A stretch of DNA of 62,646 nucleotides from Paraglomus brasilianum. Taxonomy: Eukaryota. Below, piece by piece: positions 52,494 through 62,646 of this stretch. Each line of letters starts with the position of its first letter. The first letter of the stretch is position 1. The translations under genes were made by a program, and so were the position numbers. Under the pieces are notes generated by a model. It did no database searches. It had not been told where the DNA came from and was given only the letters and a program-made list of their open reading frames with translations. The stretch is from assembly GCA_910592345.1 (NCBI GenBank), contig CAJVPI010000064.1:1-62646 (forward strand). Direction: 5' to 3'.

Positions 52494-55400
52494 TTATGAT
52501 GGTGAGTGCCTGAATAGTTTTCCCAATAAAAGTTTTCCCTTAGCCTCGAGTTCAGCATCATCACGTGGTTGCTTTTGAGACGTTGAAGATGAAGTCGATT
52601 TGGTACTGCTAGATAATTGCGAGACCATAGTGGAGTTACTGATTCTGCGTGCATGTTTCGCACCAACTTCTCTGGTTTCATTCTTACTTTTCCTATGGAG
52701 TAGATTGTTTCCCAAGTTAATAATATATTCCTATTCTCTCTTCATATTAGAATATTGCATTATCACTTACTTCAATATGTGAATTCTAGTTTGCTTTTTT
52801 TCCAAGCTTTCGTTGCTAATAACAGATCCCTTATCGGATGCTTCCTCTGCTCCCGACATCGAATCTTGACCTAACAGTAACTCGTCAGTCGCATTAATCG
52901 GATCAGAGGACATACTATCATTCGTATTGCCGGTTGCACTTGAACCAGGATCCGTATTTGGCTTTGGCCTGCGTAACTTGGCATTTATTAACTCTCCCGT
53001 GTTTCGAAGGATGGATCTGATTACGTCTAATTACATAAATTGTCAATTGATTATTGTTAGGAAATCGGGCCAATACGTCGCAGAAGATCCCCGATGTATT
53101 CTGACCTTTCTTTAACTGCTCAAAAAAGTCAAGCCATGACCATGTCCTTCCACGATATTCTAGTGTTTGCATTTTGAAAACACAATCGTAGAAATCTGTG
53201 AGATTAGTTTCTTTCGCCCCCTTGCATTGCATAAACAATAAATTAGTACATGAAAGCGCGCATGTTTATTCAAATGCTATGGGTAAACATATTCTTACCT
53301 GATAACTGATATTGCACACCACATCTGGTATTTTTATGTACACAAATGTCTTATTATTTGTAGCCCGTGTTCTCATCAACTCCAGTTCGTCAGTTACACT
53401 ATAATCAGTGACAGTATTACTTTGAACTTTAGATCTTTTATTGCTGCTTGTGTGCTGAGTCATTACAGTACTAGTCATGGACACTGTTCCATCTTCTGAT
53501 GCTACAAGCGTCTCTGATTCGCTTGAAACAACTGTCTCGTTAACCGATACTCCATCATCCTTAATAATTTTTGGCAACTTTCCAACGGCTTCCGTTGATT
53601 CTTCTGAATTACGTCGCGATTGTATTGGCGTTGAGTTTTGACGATGTGCCAATGCATCATGATCCAACAAACCGTTTTTCGTAGACATTGAACCTAATGT
53701 TGATGGAACTGACTGCATTGTACTGTTAGCAGAACTCGTATACTCCGTCTTGCGTTTCTCGGGAAATATATACAGCATTAGTTGTTTACCAACATCGTAT
53801 TGCATTTGAAACTTCAAAGGGAATAAATTAATTTCAAAATGTTCGACAACGGCTATTCCAGCTATCGGGTCCGTCTCTCTCCAATATACACGCAATATCT
53901 TTTGTCGACTGAAATTTGGAACTCTTTTTTGATCCGTGATGTACGGACGTATTAATTCTGCGAATATTGGGTTCTTCAGTCTATTAATTACACGCATACT
54001 ATCAACTTCCAACGTGTTAGCACTCGAATGATCTTCTTTAGTCATCCACACGAAATGCGCATTAGCCAGTCCCCACTCACAGAATGGTTCATTATCATCT
54101 AGTTGCATTATCCATTCAACTTCGTTAGCCGCTGCGATAAGCTTCAGCGCGGTATTACCGTCAAATTTTTCCTTTTGATTCTGCGACGCTGTAATCGCTT
54201 CCATGAGTAAGTAAAGTTCTTCTTGTGATTCCAACAACTCAGCGTTGACCTCTAACAGTTTCTTAAAAGAGTCTTCTCCGGAAGTATTCGAGTTCAGTAG
54301 CAACTGGTGTTTTAACTCTTCCAATTGTCTTATATTCTCCTGCAACGTGGCCACCATCTCGGCTGCTCCCGTCAAATCATCCAAATCAGCTGTATATAAG
54401 ATAGTATCTAGTTTATCCGCTCGCTTTTTCATGGCTGGCTCACGGTACATCAATAGATCAGACACAACATTGTAGAAGACGCAGTATTGATCTGAAGTTG
54501 CAGAAAACTTGAACTTGGGAAAATTGATAAGCCACGAGTCCATTCTTTTTGCTGTTTCATCGTTTTTCAGATAGGTAGGTCGATTTACATGATATGCATC
54601 ATCAAGCTGACTATCCTTTATTCGGAGATGGTTGAACTTATCGTACTGCATGGTGGCTGATGTCCTCTTGACAATTTGTTGAAATGGATACAAACTTCTT
54701 TCAGACCAGAGAAAGGCTTCAACGGGAAGCCATACAGGCCAGTTGTGATCACTTTCGCTGCCATAATTGTTTGCTGCAAGCATTCGCGATAGATCAGACT
54801 GAAACTGTTTCTTAAACACAGTAAAAAACTGAGCATTGTCCAAACCAAATATTGTCTTTGTTTTAACAACCTCATTTGTAAAATCTCCTTTCAAACGATC
54901 ATCGAGAATCTGAAACGACTTCAATTGGGCCCTTTCACATGACAGTATAATACTGGCCGAGAGATCCTTATCGCTCCGAAAGTTGATCTGTGGATTTATC
55001 AATTGTATGATATAATTCTTCCAAAGTGAGTACCCGTCAGGAATATCATCGGGCTTCTGAGATGGCCTACGATAATCTTTCCCTAAATCGTCTTTTTCAA
55101 CAATTTGCTCCTCGTTCGGTACGACAAAGTTTGTTTCTTCTTCCCCAACTAGCTTCTTAAGCAATTGAGCTGCCTGATGGGCATCAAATCCCGAGTCATC
55201 ACATCCCGGTGTTGATGGCATTTGAAGAGGAGAAGTAGTTCCATGCTTCTGGCTTTTTTGTAAATCGCGAATAAACTTTACCGCACTCATTGACATATAA
55301 TATGTGATACCACGGTATTGTTCGATAAGATCCCAAAATTTGTATGTAACATTGCGTACACTATTATTCCAAACTAATTGTGCGTTATGAACAACGAACC

Positions 55401-58400
55401 GATGACTAAAGTGACCAGGTGAATCAGCCCAGAGAGGAAAGTCGAATTCACGACGATCATCTTCATCCATTTCATCACTATCTAATCCATCATCAACGCC
55501 ATAGTTCCTGTTTCTGGGAAAACTTTTCGGTACTCCCCCCTCACATGAAAGCAATCTGCTGTATTCAACAATAAGCTTCTTTTTATCTGATAAAACGCGT
55601 AGTAACTCTGTTTTTTCTTTTAACTAAACGCATAAACTTCGTGTCAGTTGGCAAGCATTAACTGACATTCTGCAAAATAAAAACACAAAGAAAACTGACC
55701 TCATCATTCAAATCAAGATTTCCCGGATCCAACATAATCTTGTCCTCAATGCACGCATGATTTGCCTGTTGCTTTGCTATTTCCAATTCTATCTGGTTCA
55801 GTCGCTGATTTAAAAGATGCATTTGGATTTCTTTCGTTTCTTTGTACGATGAATATCACAATAAAGTATCAGTTAGTATGTCTAATCCCTTTCGGAGAAG
55901 TCTCCCTGACGACAAATTTGACCTATAAATACCTCTGCCTCGTCCCATTAGACACACGTGCGTCTCCTGATCAACTTGCATTGACTTGACTTTATCTTCT
56001 TTCACCATTTGCTTGTAATACATTAGTTGTGGACATTTTAGCAATGAAAATGTTTGTACTCGCGGTAATGCTTCCGGTAATATCCACCCAATCTCCATAT
56101 AGTCGTCCAAATCAATCCACTCATCATCTTCTTTATATAAAACAAAATCTTCATCTTTCCCGAACGCATCTTCCTGTTTCTCTGACTCATCCTCTTTGCA
56201 TTCACAAAAATCAATATCATCCTCTGTATAGCGTACGACAATACAACGCAAATCTAAATCCTTGAAATCCATTTCTGCCTCATGCAAAACCATCTCTTTT
56301 GATTCCACCTGCTGCTCATCGGCTTCGATAATTTTCTCTTGCACTCGCTGATGTAAATCGATAGTGAACTGGTCGATTTTACCCTTAAACCCTAAAAACT
56401 GAGTTCGTCCGTCGGCTTGTTCATTGAAAGCTTGATGCTTATAGAACATACCTAGAGACAACGGAGACAAACAAACTTTGTATTTTATCGTTTGTAAGTG
56501 ATCTACGAGCTTGGGCGATGGCGCTTCTTGAGTTGGAAATAGAGGACCTTGTCGTATAGGAGTCGAAATCGCAGAATCAAACAATGATAACCATGCAAAA
56601 GCGTGTTGAAGGGCTTCCGGGCTCAAATGTATCGAATTCCTCAAGAGTGTGGTCGACTCTGATTTGGCATCGTAAGGATGAACCGAAGTCAAAGGACAAA
56701 TTACGCTAAAGCTCAAATGGACATAATCAGATCGAAAGCCTTTGAATGAATCATAAGTACTTCCATCATGCGAAATAGCATATTCTGGCATCCGCGTAAT
56801 GACATGATAGTGAGGAATTGATTCCTTTGACCAACATTGATTACTCCCAAAACATTTGTGACAAAACCCGCTAGCGGTGTCACAACTCTTACGGTGAAAA
56901 TGTCCACCCATACCGTATCGAACCCCGCCACCGAGTTTCCCGATAACCTTTAGATAGTTCGTATGACAAGAATCCGACATGTCATCTGATAGATTATCAC
57001 TATATTTCGACTCATTGTTCTTATCCTTTCGATTTTTATGCGTATAATTGCTAGGCAATAGATCTCCCTTGGTAATAATGCGCATCAAGTCAGGAATGGC
57101 AAGTGCAAACTCTTCACTATCTATCTGCAAAAATTCTCCTGCATCATTTTCATGGCCCAACCTTATCTTTACACCCTTTCTCCAGCATAAGGAAAAACCA
57201 GATCCACGCCCGGTGATATTATAAGGATCCCATGTACCTTTACTCAAAAATTGGAGACTACCGGTTCCTTCAAAATCAATCGAAATTTGAATGTGAAGCA
57301 TTAGCCTTATCTTATCCCAAAATCCAATAATATCGGATGGATCTGGGTTTGGTTTCGTAAAGCTTTCAAAAACTCTGGCCACATCAAGGAGTGCAGGTTG
57401 TATCGATGGAGTCCAAGCGATTATGAACGGAAGGCACGAATTCACATTGACATGTAGGCTTGAGTAAAGCTTAACCGGCGAGCATGTTCTTGGTATAATC
57501 GACGCGTAATTTTTTCCACTTTGATTAAATTGTGCAGGAATAATCTCTACAGAGGTCTTTCTTACAGCCTCGGGACCTCGAAGTTCCTCGGCAATCACAA
57601 GATCTCCGTCAAGAATGAATGAGTATGATTTGCAATCGTCGGCTCGACTGACTTTCGGTATGTGAGTTAGGGGTAGGGGATAATCCCTTATCTCAACCCA
57701 TGCTTCTTTCAGTTTGCAATTTAAATGCATTGGTACTAGCAGAGTGAACTTGGTATCGAGCGGTAAACCTTTCCCTACTTTATGCATGTACCGAGGCAAT
57801 TCATCAAGAGAAAACGACGGTTTCGAGACGGTTAAGAATAATTTGGCGATAGTGACTTTTAATAATGGAGGGTGCGACGATATTTCCATCGTCTGTATCG
57901 GAAGCGTGTCATCAACGAGTTTCGAAAAGCCAGAATAAGACGTTGAAGTTTGAGCAACACAAGCGGTTTTAATCTTTTTGATCCAGTTTTTTGCATTGTA
58001 TTCATCAAGTGTTGTACGTGCTTGCTCAATGCTGATCTTTGCATGAGGTGAAGGAACAGGACGAAAGGCCAATCTGGATCGCTTCGGTTGTATTATTTCT
58101 GGTTCTGTTGCGTTGTCAGAATCCGTGTCACGCAAAGAGTCTGGTGACGAATAAGTTCGATCGAATTCATCGTTCGCGGCTTCTGCCTTTCTTAATCGTT
58201 TCTGCATCTCCTGATTCTTAATTGCTGCTACTTTGGCATCAAATGCTACTTCTCTTTCTAGACGGGCCCGTTGTTCCGTACGACCAATCTTCCAGTTTAA
58301 TGATAACCGGCCCTCAAAAGGGTCATCATCAATCTGAAAAGTGAATATGCCGACTTTAAGCTGACACGTAAACAGTTCTTTCGGTCCTTCTTCTTCCGCT

Positions 58401-61400
58401 TCAAGTGGAAAACTCTGTTTGCCCTCCAAAAGTCTCTCGTGTAGCTGCTTAATCGACTTTATTGTGCCAACAACACTTTCCGAAGCATCTGCGAAAACGT
58501 ACTTGCATGGTATTCGAACGTTGATAGTTCGAGCCTCCATTCGAATTACTTGCTTTAAATTATCAGAAGATAACTCTGTAAGTACAGCGCAGAAATTCTC
58601 CACGTTTACAAGTTGATCCCACAAATAAGGCTCTGTTGGGCACCGACCGAACATTCCAATATGTTTAATTCTACAGCCATTGTCATGCTCCGGGGTATAT
58701 TTGTATTTAATATCATTAAATCTTGCAAAAAACTTGCAATCGTCGGGAAGCATCGCCGTTACGTTTATATGATTTATTGTAAATTCCGTTTTTAACTGCG
58801 TAGATAAACTCTCGTTCGAAGACTCTGTTTTTGGCGAGTTCTCTACATGTCTCTGCATCTGAAAATCGCGTAATAAATGCAGAAGTGGCGCAACTCCCAC
58901 CAAGCAGCTATAATGATATAACAAAGAGTACACTATCGATAACTCTTTAACCGTAGTCTCTGTCCGAACAATAACTTTGCAACTGGGTGATCCAACATCG
59001 AGAGTGATTCCAACCAAAGATTCGATTGCAGGAATATTAATCAATGGGGTTGTGTCCTTTAACGATACTATTCCAAAGCATATAATTGGGACTACTGCAA
59101 CGTTCTTAATAATCACTTTTGCCCGCCCACCAGTTTCCTCTTGGTTTGTCTCATCACCAATGTCTAATTCAAAGTCCAAACATTCTTTGCATTGAAAGGT
59201 AGGATCAATACTACTTCGCGAACCACGAAAGTCAACTATTATGGTCTCTACGCATACGTCCAAGCCGCGAGACGTCATTTTATCGACATAATCGTCCGTT
59301 CCGATAATTCTTATTTGTATTGAAGAAATCGAAAAATGACACTGCATAGTTTCTAGCAATGCTAAAGACCCATGAGAAATAACCTGCGGTGGTTCCTGCT
59401 GGTTTGTTAGAGTTTTTCTAGTGTTTTTGTCTTGCTTGCCACTTGATAGATTACCGAATACAGCAAGTGATGATGTGATGACAGCAAACTTATGCTCATC
59501 GCACAGTAAAATTTCACATCCATCAACTACTATACTCATGTCCGATTGCATACTTTCTGGCTCTAAACAATGTTCATAAAGCAGGTTATGTAAAGTGGTT
59601 TTAAAAATTTCAACAGTACCTAAAGCTGATATAAAAATGTTCATTTCAACTGAGCTATTAATTATTAAATTCGTGCTTGGAGTAAATAGTCGCGTGTCAT
59701 TCATCTTGAAGCTGGCAATAAGATTATACATTAGTGTAAAAGGTGGAGGAGACCACCCCTTAACGTAACGTCTAGATGTGGTCCGTTCTCTTCTCACCCG
59801 GGGAAGAAGGCTCAATTCTGTATAGTCACCATTAATCTCGAGACATATACTGTCAGTAATAAGATTTAAGCTAGAGTTGTTGCTTGCTGCATCTGTCCCA
59901 ATGTCCGCATCAATGTTAATTATTCTGAATGCCGGTTTTTGTATATTTAACGTGAAAATGACCTTTGGTATTGATCGTATTGGCTTACAATGTTCATATG
60001 ATAATGGTTCTTGGACTAATGGTGCTGACTCGCAGAATTTCTGCGTCTCAAGCGCCTGCAGAGATTGTCTTTCTGGAATTTTCTTACTATGCAAAGCATC
60101 GAAAAGTCCTAACAAGATATCAAGATGAGTAATGTCTAGTATACAAGTGGGAGACAGTATATCGATCCTTCCCAGGATGCAAAAAGAATTCGGATCATCA
60201 TTTCCAGATTCTTCATGTGGCTTCTTAATATTGAATTTTGTTGTCAAACTATCTACTTCCATTATTCGCATTATACCTGTATGATGTTTTGCATTTAAAC
60301 GTATATCGTTGAATCCCAAACTTATTTCAAAGGAAAGCACTTGTGGAAAGTCATCAGCTAGCAGCGATAGACCCGGCGAACTTACAGCCCGAGGTGATTC
60401 TGGCAACAGATCGAGCCGTTTCAGAGAACTTGTTATACCCGAGAATCTCATTTCGACACCTATGTAAGAAGAGCTCTTGGCATCCCATGCGATGTCATTG
60501 TAATGAATAATTAGATTATTTAGTCCAATGGATGCGCCATTGACTAGTTCTGGTAAGGTCTTTTTCCGTCGATTTGCTCTGATTTTCCTTACAATAGGTG
60601 AATCCCATAGCACAGATTTGGTAAATGATTTTTGCTCAACGACTTTTCTCATACTCTTGGGATTTGTTGTCCGATCTTTCGATGAATTGTTCAAAAATAT
60701 TGTGGATAAACGCAATATGCTATCCACGTTTAGTATGACATCACTTAGAGTGACAGCAATTTCGAATGAAGTGAGAGAAGTACATGCCGGCGAAAGATTA
60801 CAATAAACTTTTACAACTGATGAATATGGTAGTTTGACGGCCGGAGTCACAGTTGATGCGTTGTCACTGTGAGCAATTGAAGTCTTGCTAGTCGTTTTTT
60901 GTGTTGATCCCATGTCGTGGATTGTAAGTGAAGAGCAAGAGAGATTGATATTCAATTGTTTTTTTGAGAAAACATGCATCCGATTCCTGATCGAATGACA
61001 CTCAGGCTCCGAAAAGGCTCGAATGAATTGATTATTTGTTACCTCTTTACTGCCAGAGTCTATATCAGCGAACAATACCATCCCTATTACTACTTCTTGC
61101 AAGACCAAACGTCCCAAATCTTCGACAGATACATCCACGCTGTCAACCTGAAGGTCGACATAGTTTGCTAGCCCGGATAACAAAAATTGAAAATGAATGG
61201 CCGATATTTTAGTAATTGCGTACTTTACTATTGAAACGGAAGACCACCATGCTTTCTTTTGCACCGTAGCTATTAAACTCGGCTGCCTTCTATGGAGGTT
61301 TCGTTGTGGACCTGTGAATAATTTGATCGAGGATAGCACTATCTGCAAATCGTTTATTGTCAGAGTAATCCATGTCCTTTGATTTTCGCTTGGTCTCCGA

Positions 61401-61621
61401 AACTGTAAATGAATTTTACCGACGCCGACGCGATGGTATTGACCCCAAGAATTATGCGAAGCATATGATATGTCAGATATGCAGAAGGGTCTAATACTAC
61501 CTACACGAATCTGATATTTTCTCTCTATGTATTTCAGAAATAAGTGCGTTGCGTAAAGTACAGTTGCTATAATTATTATGATCGCCCCAAGGATTGTGCC
61601 GACTTCGGCAACGGAAGCCAT
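52494..61621 (-). CDS. FMP27: Bridge-like lipid transfer protein Fmp27/Hob (BLTP2/Hobbit/KIAA0100)
   Basis: N-terminal TM helix; DDDPFEGRL; GFWDKIRL signature; YDSFKGFRSDYVHLS; LINPQINF; WPVWLPVE; Apt1-like C-terminus VVEHFEINLFPL and YRGRTWSWLDF; roughly 2900 aa over several exons. Confidence 0.93.
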
Positions 61622-62262
61622 GTTGTGAATGAAACGGTGACGATTGATAAATGCGCTAATAAATTGTATGCGTGAAGAAGTTGTGTGACAAACGACCATT
61701 TGGGCCTATGTCTTGCTTAGTTTAGCATTACCCTAGGGTTTGGTCCTCTAGCGCTAGTGGGGAGAAGCTCGGTGTTTCACAAGTACGAAAACGTCAATAT
61801 TACATATTTGTTACGCACAATAACAACGCTAACTTCCTAAATGCGATCTCTATCTCTATCATTATTTATTGTTACGGAAGAACCTTTGTGTTTTACAATT
61901 GTGCGACCACAAGACAATAGTCAGAAGTAAGTCAGAAGGGTAAAGCCACAATAGTATGACCAGGTTTGTATTGTCACACGCCCGCGATAAGTCGCACTAA
62001 AAGTCACACTTCTGAGACAACCATAACTTTTGTCCGATCACGTGCACAAAGCTAACAATGAATGCGATTAATATGATTAATATTAAAATAATTAATATCC
62101 AGAAAGCATACCAGAAAGCATTCACGCAAAGCTGTTCAATGCAGCTTCCCCAGAGATATTAATATTAAGAAGATCAATATTTTGTCCCTCCTTGTGTAAG
62201 ACGATCTTGCTTATTTTGAATAATGACAAGCTGTTGGGTTGTTATCATTGCTATTACTACTT

Positions 62263-62358
62263 ACGCCTACATTAAACCCTATCATTACTAATAAAACTCC
62301 ACATTAATATTAAATTAGGAATAACAAGTCCTGTCAGGGAATAGGCTCCCGCGTCAGC
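62263..62358 (-). ncRNA. Fanzor2/TnpB element right end, putative omega-RNA scaffold (copy 2)
   Basis: Lies directly after the Fanzor stop codon; similarity to copy 1 (1..77) ends abruptly after TAGGCGT. Confidence 0.7.
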
Positions 62359-62646
62359 CTAAGCCGACTCCTTTTTTGCAAGACATCGAAGAAGAACATT
62401 GTTGCGGGCACCATTTTACATTGGGGACAACAAAACACCTTAGATCCACCTAGCTTTTTATGAATATAACTACTACTACAGAATCCACAAGTTTTACTTG
62501 TGTATTCTTCTGTACAAATTACTACTCGACACCAGGAATGCTCACGTGCCTTATGGATCAATACTGTTGAAAGTGATAATGTGACCATGTACACATGGCT
62601 CGAGCAGTCTTGGAACCAATGCGTCGTTGTCCACGTCGGACCATTC
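62359..62646 (-). pseudogene. Fanzor2 / IS607-type TnpB RNA-guided nuclease, C-terminal part, inactivated (cut by window end)
   Basis: MVRRGQRRIGSKTARAMCTWSHYHFQQY/LIHKAREHSWCRVVICTEEYTSKTCGFC...KLGGSKVFCCPQCK/NGARN: TnpB zinc ribbon plus RuvC-III flank, with one frameshift and a deletion removing the DRD motif. Confidence 0.9.

Noticed and set aside
1..62646. Whole window as one giant element bounded by terminal inverted repeats
   Set aside because: The inverted sequences are both right ends of Fanzor copies pointing inward, and the interior is ordinary housekeeping genes; the contig probably just breaks at repeats.

Overview
AT-rich eukaryotic DNA with short GT-AG introns. The gene set (expanded TKL-type kinase, highly derived D5-like primase relic, Fanzor2-type TnpB, DASH subunit Ask1) suggests an early-diverging fungus, most likely Glomeromycota/Mucoromycota (inference). 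Host genes, left to right: intronless bacterial-looking UDP-glucose 4-epimerase (GalE), a Ste20/PAK-like kinase, a ~14.5 kb gene-free interval, DPB4 overlapping TSR3 in antisense, an AT-hook ORF, a Pex23/24-family peroxin, ASK1, a TKL-type (pseudo)kinase, the mitochondrial glycine carrier HEM25, two uncharacterised genes and the large lipid-bridge gene FMP27/HOB (BLTP2). A TE graveyard at ~35-42 kb holds pogo/Tc1/MULE pieces nested in a viral-type D5 primase-helicase pseudogene. The most striking feature is at the window ends, which both carry the 3' end (putative omega-RNA scaffold) of a Fanzor2/TnpB element, in inverted orientation. The left copy is fused directly to a captured piece of an FMP27 exon, so its predicted guide matches a host gene in the same window perfectly over 24 nt. 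All alignments and translations were done by eye; exon boundaries are manual predictions.
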